A DNA stretch of 32,000 bases from Allobaculum fili (lineage in GTDB: Bacteria; Bacillota_I; Bacilli_A; Erysipelotrichales; Erysipelotrichaceae). Shown piece by piece: positions 16,466-25,063 of this stretch. The position numbers and the translations under genes were made by a program. The notes under the pieces were generated by a model. That model made no database searches, was not told the origin of the DNA, and worked only from the letters and a program-made list of their open reading frames with translations. Each line of letters opens with the position of its first letter. Within the stretch, counting starts at the first letter, position 1. Location of the stretch: positions 1 to 32,000 of the forward strand of contig NZ_JAHDSX010000020.1 in NCBI RefSeq assembly GCF_020969955.1. Reading direction: 5' to 3'.

Positions 16466-17130
16466 ATGGCTTCTAAGCCGCAAAAGCATAAAATCCCATT
16501 CCTGGTTCTGCCGGGATAGAAAATCCCCGTACAGAGCGATTCTTAGCCGGATATGAACCTTCTGCGTTTTGAAAAAAGGCTCATTCCGGCTTTTTGTATC
16601 GTCTTTTTGAGTGAAACCGCTTGCAGAAAGGGCCAGGTCGAAGGAGGAGGATTTTCAGAACGGGTGCGCAAAACGAGGAGGGAACAGGATACCCTGCAGA
16701 TTTATCAGCGCATATGAATCGCACAGGAATAAGGAAGCGCAAAAAAGAAAAAAGCTTCGGTCAGACAACATCGCCAGACGATCAGACTGCGTAAACACCG
16801 TATTCACTTGAAACGCAAAAATATAGGCGAACTATATTTATGGCACTAAAACAATCTTAATTGTATAATGTCTATCCTTTGCTATCTTTGGACTTTCCGA
16901 ATCAGGAGCTCATTTCCCCGGGATTTCCAAACTTTGGTAATGTGTTAGCGGTGATCTATTGAAAGAAAAGCCGTTTTTAAAGATTTCAAAAATGGTACTG
17001 CCCCTTATCTTTTAGGCAAACTCGATACTCACGCGCTCGTTTTGAGAGCGGTTCTTCTGGAAAAGAATCCCGTCTTTGAATCCAGAAAGCCGGTTCTCGA
17101 ACGGTAAACTAGAGAAACGAAAGAACATTT

Positions 17131-18360
17131 ATGAAACAAATCAAAACCGAAAAATTTACTGAAACTTCACTGAGCGTTCGCTGGTTTGTTCCTCTTGAGC
17201 GAAAAGACATCACATCCTGGAATCTGCTCAATGCCATGCTCAGTCGAAGTACTGAGAAATACAGCAGCCGCGAAGCCGCCGGCAAAGCCAGTGCGATGGC
17301 GTACGGCACCCGCTGTGCATACAGCCTCTGCGCCTACGGCAACTATTTGCGCATCGAATATGGCATGCGCTTTTTGCGGGAAAATCTGATCGGCGAAAAA
17401 AGCTATACCGCTTTACTGATCGATCTGTTCGACCAGCACCTGTTTCATCCGCTGCTTACCCAGCCGGTATTAGACGAGGCCAAGTATCTGCTGCGTCTCA
17501 ACCTGAGCTCCATGGCCCAGCAGCCGGATCTGCGCTCGCTGGAAATGGCGTTTCAGGCGTTTACGGACTACGAATCCGTATCGATCCCGATCCGCGGCGC
17601 CATCGAAGACATTGACCGCGTCACCCTCGAAGACATTCGCAGCCTGTACTCCAGACTGATGAAGACGCCCTGCGAAATGATCAGCTGCGGTACGTTCTCG
17701 GAAGAATTCAGCCGCCATATCGACAGATCCATCGACTCGCAGGACATTTACACAACGTGGGAAAAAGTTGAAGCGTTTCCAACGCCTGTTCGCGTCAGCG
17801 AAGAGCGGGAAATCGCGCAGAGCGCCCTCTGTCAGGTGTACACGACGGACATTCTTCCCGACGATGACGACTACTATGCGCTTCTTGTTCTCGACTCGCT
17901 TTTAGGCGGAAGCTCCGTATCGCTTCTGTTTGAAGAAGTGCGCGAGAAAAACAGCCTGTGCTATTCGATCAGCACATCGCTCGTTCGCTTTTCCGGCCTG
18001 CTGCTCATCACGACCGGCGCGGCGCGCAGCGCGCTGCCTAAAGTCGAAGAGCTCGTCCGTCACATTCTGGAGCAGGTGAAAAACAAGGAAGTGGATCCGG
18101 CGACTTTTGAAATGGTCAAAGCCGAAATGATCGACAGCCTTAAGGGCCAGTCGGATAGTGCCGCGCGCATGATTGAACAGGAATTCCTGAACCAGATTCT
18201 GCACCGCACTGACGATATCGGCGATGTGATCGAAAGCGTCCGTGCCGTTACCCTTGACGATGTAGCCCGCGCAGCCGGCAAGCTGAAACTCGCGGTAACG
18301 TCTTCGGTCATGCAGGCCGAAGCGAAAGGACCGCAGGGAAAGGAGCAGTATGCCGCTTAA
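17131..18360 (+). CDS. M16-family (pitrilysin) peptidase homologue, non-catalytic subunit (no HxxEH), YmfF-like
   Basis: 409 aa with M16 C-terminal-domain-like sequence (LLVLDSLLGGSSVSLLFEEVREKNSLCYSI). The zinc motif is absent. It is translationally coupled to the next M16 gene. Confidence 0.8.
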   Translation: MKQIKTEKFTETSLSVRWFVPLERKDITSWNLLNAMLSRSTEKYSSREAAGKASAMAYGTRCAYSLCAYGNYLRIEYGMRFLRENLIGEKSYTALLIDLFDQHLFHPLLTQPVLDEAKYLLRLNLSSMAQQPDLRSLEMAFQAFTDYESVSIPIRGAIEDIDRVTLEDIRSLYSRLMKTPCEMISCGTFSEEFSRHIDRSIDSQDIYTTWEKVEAFPTPVRVSEEREIAQSALCQVYTTDILPDDDDYYALLVLDSLLGGSSVSLLFEEVREKNSLCYSISTSLVRFSGLLLITTGAARSALPKVEELVRHILEQVKNKEVDPATFEMVKAEMIDSLKGQSDSAARMIEQEFLNQILHRTDDIGDVIESVRAVTLDDVARAAGKLKLAVTSSVMQAEAKGPQGKEQYAA

Positions 18361-19651
18361 CATGGAACGAAAAGAGAAGACGCTTGCCAACGGCATGAAA
18401 GTCATTCTCATTCATAAACCCGATTACGCCCGTTCGCTCTTCATGATCGGCATTCCCGCGGGAAGTACAAATCTGAGCGATGATCTCAACGGCGAGCGGA
18501 TCGATCATCCGCAGGGCTGTGCCCACTTTCTGGAACACCAGATGTTCCGCCTGAACGGAAAAGACGTGACGTACGATCTCGCCGCCGTACAGGCCAAAAG
18601 CAACGCCTACACGTCCTATAACGAAACGTGCTACTACATCTGGACCAACGACGATCCGATTCCGCCCCTCGATATCCTGATCGATTTTGTTCAGACGCTC
18701 GACATCGATGAAGCGAGCGTCAATAAGGAAAAGGGAATTATCCTTTCCGAGTACTCGCAGTACGAGCAGGAGCCGGAAATGCGCCTGCTGCGGGAAACCT
18801 TTTCCTCGCTGTACGTCAATCATCCGATGCGCGAGGAAATTCTCGGCCGCCCGGAAGACATTCAGAACATGAAACCGGAAGATCTGAAGGCGTTTTACGA
18901 GACCTGGTACGACCCGTCCAATCTCGTTCTGGTCGGCGTGACCGGTCACGATCTCGACCCGCTTATGGACTGGATCGAAAACAAGGAAAAGGAATACCCG
19001 GCGAAGCTGGCGGTTCCTTCCAGAAAAGTGCTCCCTGAAGAGCCGGAAGACGTGTGCCGGCGCAAGGCCATCATCCCGATGGACGTGGATCTGACCTACG
19101 TCTGCCTGGGCGTCAAGATGAAGCCGCTCACGGGCGATACCCGCGATCAGATTCGCAAGGACTACATGCTGAACCTGTGGCTGAACGGACGCTTTTCCAC
19201 GCTGAATCCGGAATGCCAGAACTGGATCGATCAGAAAATCATCGGATCGATCTTCGGTGCCGAAGCGGATCTTGATGACGATCACGCCTACATTCTGATT
19301 TACGCGCAGAGCGATCGACCGGAAGAATTTTGCTGGACGATGAGTGAAATTCTCAACAAGAAGCAGCCGCTCTCCCAGGAAATTTTCGAATCCGTTCTGA
19401 TCCGGGACAAAGCAAGCGCCATTCGCATGTACGACAACTTTGACGGTCTGGCGTCCGCAACCGTTCGCTACGGCTTCGGTCTGGGGGATCCGTTTGAAGA
19501 CCTCGACATCCTCAACTCCATTACTCTGGACGATCTCAACGCCTACATCGCTTCGCTCGATTTCAGCCATACGAGCGAAACGTTCGTGCAGCCGATCAGC
19601 AAGGAGGAAGACTTCCTGGACGAAGAACCCTCTGAAGGCTTAGTGGCGTAA
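18350..19651 (+). CDS. M16-family zinc metallopeptidase, catalytic subunit (YmfH-like)
   Basis: Inverted zinc motif HxxEH (GCAHFLEHQMF) with downstream E (GIILSEY). RBS aaaggag. It overlaps the upstream gene by 11 nt. Confidence 0.9.
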   Translation: MPLNMERKEKTLANGMKVILIHKPDYARSLFMIGIPAGSTNLSDDLNGERIDHPQGCAHFLEHQMFRLNGKDVTYDLAAVQAKSNAYTSYNETCYYIWTNDDPIPPLDILIDFVQTLDIDEASVNKEKGIILSEYSQYEQEPEMRLLRETFSSLYVNHPMREEILGRPEDIQNMKPEDLKAFYETWYDPSNLVLVGVTGHDLDPLMDWIENKEKEYPAKLAVPSRKVLPEEPEDVCRRKAIIPMDVDLTYVCLGVKMKPLTGDTRDQIRKDYMLNLWLNGRFSTLNPECQNWIDQKIIGSIFGAEADLDDDHAYILIYAQSDRPEEFCWTMSEILNKKQPLSQEIFESVLIRDKASAIRMYDNFDGLASATVRYGFGLGDPFEDLDILNSITLDDLNAYIASLDFSHTSETFVQPISKEEDFLDEEPSEGLVA

Positions 19652-19686
19652 ACGGCTGGGATCCCTATTTCGAGACGAGCCTTGAA

Positions 19687-19721
19687 CCGGATCCAATCGA
19701 CAGACTGACGATTGGATCCGG
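19687..19721. repeat. perfect 13-bp inverted repeat (ccggatccaatcg N9 cgattggatccgg)
   Basis: Arms at 19687-19699 and 19709-19721. No U tract follows. Confidence 0.9.
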
Positions 19722-19764
19722 AATGGATCAAATGCGCCGAAAACATGATATTCATTTAAAAAGC

Positions 19765-19807
19765 GGTCATTCTCATCAATCAAATGCATGAGAATGGCCA
19801 CTTTTTC
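19765..19807 (+). terminator. rho-independent terminator of the M16 operon
   Basis: ggtcattctcat / atgagaatggcc stem (one G-U pair), followed by acttttt. Confidence 0.7.
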
Positions 19808-19831
19808 TTCGATTGTCATGAAATAGGCGAT

Positions 19832-19860
19832 TTGAGCGATTCTGCCTTTCTTTCTATACT
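19832..19860 (+). promoter_or_regulatory. candidate sigma-A promoter for the SSB-like gene
   Basis: TTGAGC (19832-19837), a 17-nt spacer, then TATACT (19855-19860). Confidence 0.45.
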
Positions 19861-19919
19861 GAGCGTGTTTTCAGCAGAGCTTTATCCGAAAGAGAAGAGA
19901 GAAGGAAAGGAGGAAAGAC

Positions 19920-20228
19920 ATGAATCAGTTCTGTCTGGCAGGCAAAATCGCTTCGATTCCAGAATTGAAAACCAATCCGCAAGGCTGGAAAACGTGCAGC
20001 GTTCTGATCGAGGTCGAACGCCCGTTCGCCAATTCCAAAGGCGAGTTTGAAAGCGATCTGATGAGTCTGGAAGTGTGGCGCGGGGCAGCCGAAACGCTAG
20101 CCAGCTGTGCCCGCCTGAACGCCTGGATTACCGCGAAGGGCCGCATTCAGTCCAGACCGCTTCAAAAAGACGGACGAACCGTTTCGAACGTCACCCTGAT
20201 CGCCGAAAAGATTGAATACATACACTGA
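19920..20228 (+). CDS. single-stranded DNA-binding protein, OB-fold only (no acidic C-terminal tail), SsbB-like
   Basis: 102 aa. It aligns with the SSB OB domain (LAGKIASIPELKTNPQG...ERPFANSKGEFESDLMSLEVWRGAAE...GRIQSR...DGR). RBS aaggagg. Confidence 0.85.
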   Translation: MNQFCLAGKIASIPELKTNPQGWKTCSVLIEVERPFANSKGEFESDLMSLEVWRGAAETLASCARLNAWITAKGRIQSRPLQKDGRTVSNVTLIAEKIEYIH

Positions 20229-20247
20229 TACCGCCCATACACAGTCC

Positions 20248-20284
20248 AAAACGATCCGCCCCTCTTCCAGGACGGATCGTTTTG
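20248..20284 (+). terminator. terminator after the SSB-like gene
   Basis: aaacgatccg / cggatcgttt stem with a 14-nt loop and a short T tract. Confidence 0.5.
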
Positions 20285-20518
20285 CCGTGCTGGCCGAGTC
20301 TACACTGGACAGGTACAATAGGAAAAACAGGGCGGAGCCAGAAAACGGATCTGCTCGTTTAAGGGGCGTGCGGAAAACGAAAGATCGTTTATTCGCAAGA
20401 AAAACGGAAACAGCCGGCAGAGTCAGCCGATCGAACGGGCGAAACATCGATCGACAGGCAACAAGCTTGTTTCCAGTAAAACAAAGGGGATCTGAGAATT
20501 TTAGGAAAGGAAAAGAGT

Positions 20519-20986
20519 ATGGGATTACTGGATAAACTTGGCGAAGCGCGCGCTCGCCAGCAGGAAAAAGAGCAGGAGGAGCTGCGGCAGGAAGAACAGG
20601 AACTCGAAGCGCGTTCGCTTTATTTTCCCCTGAAGTCATTTGATCGAATTTTGCTGGAAGATCTCGAAATCACCCCTCTGGGTCATAACCAGGCCATTGT
20701 GGAATACGAAGACGAAGAGATCGGCTTGATTTACTGTCCGCTTGATGAAGAGCAGATTGAGGATCTCGAAGAAATCAATCTGTGCATCCACGACGGCAAG
20801 CTTTGCGTACAGCTCATTGCGGATGAAGACAGTCCGATTCCCTTTAAAAGCGGGATGACGGAAATGCGCTATGGCGATCTGCTCGAGGGCGTATCCGCAA
20901 AATCGGAAACCGAAAGGGAAGTCACTCTTCCCGACTTGCCGGCAGAAGGCGAAGAATACGAAAAAAATCCGGATCGAGAAGCTTAA
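20519..20986 (+). CDS. hypothetical, strongly acidic 155-aa protein
   Basis: RBS aggaaaggaaaag. Protein-like composition with an N-terminal charged helix (EKEQEELRQEEQELE). I recognise no family motif. Confidence 0.7.
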   Translation: MGLLDKLGEARARQQEKEQEELRQEEQELEARSLYFPLKSFDRILLEDLEITPLGHNQAIVEYEDEEIGLIYCPLDEEQIEDLEEINLCIHDGKLCVQLIADEDSPIPFKSGMTEMRYGDLLEGVSAKSETEREVTLPDLPAEGEEYEKNPDREA

Positions 20987-21074
20987 GCGTCCAGGAGAAC
21001 CGTATAAACGACTGAGCGAAAAGAAAACGGTTTTGCGAACGGTTTAGAAATGGGAAATCGCTCAGGGAGCAGCT

Positions 21075-21827
21075 ATGGACATTCGTTTTGAACAGGAAGA
21101 AAACCCGGTACTGGAAGAGAAGGTGCCACTGCAGATTCTGGAGGCGGCCGCATCCGGTAAGAATACGGAATACCGCCTGACGATCGGCTGGAAAAAGAAA
21201 ACGGTAGAAGACCGCTATATCCGCCGGTTCTTTGCGGTGCATCCCCGGCGGGCAGATTATGAAAAGATGTGGCTTCCGCCCGAGGAAGCGGTCCAGTCCG
21301 ACATCTGGAGACGACGGTTTCATAACGTGGAGGAGCTGGCAGCGCGAAGCGAAGCCGACCGGCTGTACTGGCAGGGCGCCATTGCGATCGACTGTATGGC
21401 CGAGAGCTTTCTCGAGTCCGAAGCCGCAGCGAACTGGCGGCTTTGCGAAGCCTTCGCCAGTCTGGCCGAAGCAATGCTGCTCGAACACTGGAACGAACTG
21501 CCCGCGCAGAGAAAGCCGCTTTGTAAACGATGGATCGCCTTGCTGGAACAGGGCTATGCCGTCTGGGGCTGGACGAAAGAACGTTTTGATTCCCTGTATT
21601 TTGCCCTTACGGTATATCTGATTGCCTGTATAGAAGAAGGCGCGTATGATGACGCGCTCGAACTTTGGAAAACGCAAAGCGATCAACTGGCTCAGCTGCA
21701 GAACCAGTCGGCGGAGTTGTGGATCACAGAAGCCAGAGCGCAGGTCGATCGGGTCGTTGAGCGTCTGGAAAATGTCGCAGCGGCCAAAGCCAGAAAGAGA
21801 AAGCGCACACGAAAGGGAAGTAAATAA
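21075..21827 (+). CDS. hypothetical 250-aa Trp-rich helical protein with Lys/Arg-rich C-terminal tail
   Basis: RBS gggag is 5 nt upstream. C-terminus KARKRKRTRKGSK. I recognise no family motif. The 365-aa antisense ORF looks like a shadow frame. Confidence 0.7.
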   Translation: MDIRFEQEENPVLEEKVPLQILEAAASGKNTEYRLTIGWKKKTVEDRYIRRFFAVHPRRADYEKMWLPPEEAVQSDIWRRRFHNVEELAARSEADRLYWQGAIAIDCMAESFLESEAAANWRLCEAFASLAEAMLLEHWNELPAQRKPLCKRWIALLEQGYAVWGWTKERFDSLYFALTVYLIACIEEGAYDDALELWKTQSDQLAQLQNQSAELWITEARAQVDRVVERLENVAAAKARKRKRTRKGSK

Positions 21828-22070
21828 GCCAGGGACATACATCCAGTAAATATGTCCGGCAAATACCTCTAGACGAATATGTCCAGCGGATTTCAGATTT
21901 GTCTGAGCTGGGCAGGGGCAGCTGAAAGAAAAGAATGGCGGCCTGCCGGACTGTACGGATGTACGCCTGCATGGCTGCATGGCCGCAGAGATACACCGCT
22001 GCAGGGCATGCCGGATCACCGAGTCCGTTCAGTCGGGTTTCGTCCGTTCAACAGGTGGATCGACAGAAAA

Positions 22071-22118
22071 TGGTCCGCTTTGCGACACAATTGTGCCGGC
22101 AGAGCGGACCTTATTTTT
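22071..22118 (+). terminator. strong + strand rho-independent terminator with no annotated gene directly upstream
   Basis: ggtccgctttgc / gcagagcggacc stem around the cacaattgtg apex, followed by ttatttttt. Confidence 0.7.
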
Positions 22119-22130
22119 TGAAAATGCACC

Positions 22131-22167
22131 CAAAAAGAAAAAGCCGAAGACGAATCTTCGGCTTTTT
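22131..22167 (-). terminator. rpsD terminator (bidirectional geometry)
   Basis: agccgaaga / tcttcggct stem with a cgaa loop. It is flanked by an A run (a T run on the - strand) and a T run. Confidence 0.75.
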
Positions 22168-22195
22168 AAACTCATGAGACTTACTTTGAAATCTA

Positions 22196-22810
22196 TTAGG
22201 ATTTGCGGTTGTAGTACTCAACAACGAGCAGTTCGTTGATTGGCTGGTCTTTGAACAGTTCGGCACGTTCCGGAGTGCGGAGGTATTTGCCTTTTTTCTG
22301 ATCTTTGTCCACTTCAACGAAGTCAACGGCAGCTGGAGCAGCTGCAAGAGCATCAACAATGAACGGTTTGTTTTTGTCTTTTTCAGCAACTTCGATTACG
22401 GAACCCGGGCGAACGGAGAAGGATGGGATATCCACTTTCTTTCCGTCTACCAGGATGTGACCGTGGTTGACGAGCTGACGGGCAGCGCGGCGTGTGCGAG
22501 CGAAGCCCATGCGGTATACGAGGTTGTCGAGACGGCTTTCGAGGAGAACCAGGAAGTTTTCACCGGCAGAACCGCCCATGCGGCTTGCCTTGAAGTAGAG
22601 GTTGGCGAACTGTTTTTCAGAGAGCTGATAAACGTTACGGATTCTCTGTTTTTCCTGTTTCTGGATACCGTAGTTAGTGAGTTTGATTCGGCGCGTTTTT
22701 CCATGCTGGCCGGGAGCATAAGGACGTCTGGCGAGTTCCTTGCCTGTTTCCGAAATGGAGAAGCTCAGGCGGCGGGAAACTTTCCAGGTAGAACCTGTCA
22801 TTCTGGACAT
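22196..22810 (-). CDS. rpsD: 30S ribosomal protein S4
   Basis: SRMTGSTWKVSRRLSFSISETGKELARRPYAPGQHG... and the S4 RNA-binding domain (LESRLDNLVYRMGFARTRRAARQLVNHGHILVDGKKV). Confidence 0.97.
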   Translation of the reverse strand: MSRMTGSTWKVSRRLSFSISETGKELARRPYAPGQHGKTRRIKLTNYGIQKQEKQRIRNVYQLSEKQFANLYFKASRMGGSAGENFLVLLESRLDNLVYRMGFARTRRAARQLVNHGHILVDGKKVDIPSFSVRPGSVIEVAEKDKNKPFIVDALAAAPAAVDFVEVDKDQKKGKYLRTPERAELFKDQPINELLVVEYYNRKS

Positions 22811-22960
22811 TTAGTTTTTCCTCCTATTGTCTTCGCAAAAAAACAATACCAGGATACAAATCTTCGTAAGGGGTGCCTGGGACGATGTTTTCTTCAGAAC
22901 AGCTGGCTGTTACTCGCATCTCTTAAGCTCAGGCGCCTGACTCACGCATTTGTATGCTGT
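22811..22960 (-). promoter_or_regulatory. structured rpsD 5' leader (possible S4 autoregulatory element)
   Basis: An 8-bp long-range helix (atacaaat 22854-22861 with atttgtat 22948-22955) encloses two palindromic hairpins (tcaggcgcctga, acagctggctgt). A short hairpin sits next to the SD. S4 autoregulation through the leader is known in B. subtilis. Confidence 0.35.
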
Positions 22961-23278
22961 TTGAATCATGCCAAACCACTATATCAGCAAACCTTCCAGA
23001 TGACAACCGATCGGACATCGCCTTTTTTCGCAAACCTAAGCCGGAAGTGACGCTTCAGGACTGTCCAGATCCAGTACGCAGCGGGCAATAATATTGTAGA
23101 GGGAAAAGCCGCAGAAAAAATCCTGCTCAAAATTGAAGAGATCCCGAAGACGGAACGCGGCTTTTTGTGACACAATAGAAACTGTTGAAGAACGTCCATA
23201 GTCCAGGCAGGCCAAGCCCGCGTGGTTTTGTGTGCGTTGTCTGTTATACTATAAAGCCGAATGTCAGGAGGATTATAT

Positions 23279-25063
23279 ATGGAAAATCTCTGGACCCAAG
23301 TCCGGGACTGGTGCCTGAATATGTACACGTATGTGACCAGACACGTTCCGATTGAGGTCATGATTTATATAGGAATTGCGATTGTTATTCTGATCATCGT
23401 TGGCATCATTTCCCGCTCCATGAAGAAAAGACGCGTTTCCCGCCGTCTGCACGACCTGGAAGCGGATGTCAACGACATGCTCGACAACAATCTCGAATTC
23501 AAATACCGCAAGGCCAGACAGTTTGCCGAAAACAACGAAGATCTTGCGGACCGGTTCAAGTCGATCAAGCCGAAATACAAGATCTGTCTGCAGTCGATCG
23601 AAGCCACGGAAGATCTGTACAACCGCGCGACGGAATACTTTACCCGTCATAAATATAAGAAAGCCGCCCGCGCGATGGACGAAGTCGAAACCGTTCTCGA
23701 CGATACGGAAGAAAGAATCCGCATCGTGGAAGAATCGCTGGACCGCGTCATTTCCCGCGAAGACGAAGTCCGCAAAAATGCCTCCCGCATTATTGAACGC
23801 GCCGACAAGCTGAAAAAGGACTATGCCGAAAAACGCGACAGCTTCTTCAGCGGCACCGCCTACATGGATAAGATGATCAGTTCCATGGAGACGTCTTTGC
23901 AGAAGCTTGAAGAAGATCTCGGCCAGGCGCGCTTTGCCGAAGTCCGTGAAGACTGCGACAAAATTCAGAACGAATGCGATGAGTTTGAAGAAATCGCAAA
24001 AGTGTATCCGTCCCTGTACAGCCGGGCCAAAACCGAACTGCCGCAGGCGATTGAAGAAGTCAAGACGGCTGTGGCCAGGATGGAAGAAGAACGCATTGAC
24101 GCGTCCTACCTTGGCGTAGACGACAAGCTCGACGCCATTTCCAATGCGCTCGAAGATGCCGTGGCCAGCCTCGATGAAGGCGACCTGAAAAAAGCCGCGC
24201 CGGCGCTCGATGCCATCACGGATCAGGTGCTCGCCCTCAACGAAGACATCGCACAGGAGCATGTAGCCTTCAGCGAAATCCAGGCCAGCCTGGAAAACAA
24301 CTTCGCCACCGTCGATCAGAGCGAAGCCGAACTGGCGGAAATTATCCGTCTGTACGCGTCCATCAAGGACCGCTTCGGTCTCGAAGACTGGACCGCCCGT
24401 TTTGCCAAGGCGCGTGAACAGCTCGACGAGCTGAAGACGCAGCGCGACCAGATTCAGAAACAGCTCGAAGAAAGCGAAGTTTACCAGGTCGAAGTCATCA
24501 GCGGATTCCGCTCCTTCATCAGCCGTACGGATGCGTTCGGCAAGGAAGTCGCCAACATGAAGCAGCTGCTTCTCGGTGCCTCTTCCGATGAAAGCCGCGC
24601 CCGCAAACAGCTCATCAAGCTCGAGCTGATTCTCAACGAAGTGCGTCTGAACACCAGCATTCGCAATCTGCCCGCCATATCCGAATCCTTCAACCAGGAC
24701 CTCGAACGCGGCGAACAGAAAATTACGGATGTACAGAACGTACTCGAAAGCCAGACGCTCGACATCGACAAGCTGAACGGCACGCTGCAGGATGCCATCG
24801 ATTTCATTTACAAGCTGTATTCCAACGCCAGCAACCTCACCGGCGTAGCGGTCATGGTAGAAAACGCCATCGTCTTTGGCAACCGTTTCCGCTCTTCCTA
24901 TCCGGCCCTTGATTCGGATCTGACCAAAGCGGAAATGTGCTTCCAGAACGGGGAATATACCCGAGCACTCAAAATCGCCATGCAGGCTATCGAAACGCTT
25001 CATCCGGGAATTTATGAGAAGCTGATTGCCCGCAAGGATCCGGCGGTCATGAACCAGGTATGA
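23279..25063 (+). CDS. ezrA: septation ring formation regulator EzrA
   Basis: N-terminal TM helix, long coiled-coil repeats, and a conserved C-terminal patch (VENAIVFGNRFRSSYPALDSDL, compare B. subtilis IEKIIQFGNRYRSQN). RBS aggagg is 7 nt before the ATG at 23279. Confidence 0.88.
   Translation: MENLWTQVRDWCLNMYTYVTRHVPIEVMIYIGIAIVILIIVGIISRSMKKRRVSRRLHDLEADVNDMLDNNLEFKYRKARQFAENNEDLADRFKSIKPKYKICLQSIEATEDLYNRATEYFTRHKYKKAARAMDEVETVLDDTEERIRIVEESLDRVISREDEVRKNASRIIERADKLKKDYAEKRDSFFSGTAYMDKMISSMETSLQKLEEDLGQARFAEVREDCDKIQNECDEFEEIAKVYPSLYSRAKTELPQAIEEVKTAVARMEEERIDASYLGVDDKLDAISNALEDAVASLDEGDLKKAAPALDAITDQVLALNEDIAQEHVAFSEIQASLENNFATVDQSEAELAEIIRLYASIKDRFGLEDWTARFAKAREQLDELKTQRDQIQKQLEESEVYQVEVISGFRSFISRTDAFGKEVANMKQLLLGASSDESRARKQLIKLELILNEVRLNTSIRNLPAISESFNQDLERGEQKITDVQNVLESQTLDIDKLNGTLQDAIDFIYKLYSNASNLTGVAVMVENAIVFGNRFRSSYPALDSDLTKAEMCFQNGEYTRALKIAMQAIETLHPGIYEKLIARKDPAVMNQV

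Noticed and set aside
16611-16811. A 66-aa ORF, and a 26-aa basic ORF at 16714-16794, in the gap upstream of the M16 genes. These were considered as possible RiPP precursors.
   Set aside because: The strong SD-like aggagg motifs (16640-16681) are not followed by start codons at a usable spacing. The ORFs that do exist have no SD and implausible composition.
21871-21878. gacgaata resembling the streptococcal ComX cin-box (TACGAATA) near the tail-less SSB locus.
   Set aside because: It has one mismatch at the first position. It lies downstream of the SSB gene rather than upstream, and occurs only once. I judge it coincidental.
20922-22019. A 365-aa minus-strand ORF spanning the 250-aa hypothetical gene and part of the GC-rich tail.
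   Set aside because: Its composition (many Arg, Phe, Cys and Pro) is non-protein-like and it has no SD. The + strand ORF has an SD and a balanced composition. I treat it as a shadow ORF, but because the + strand gene is itself an orphan this deserves a homology check.
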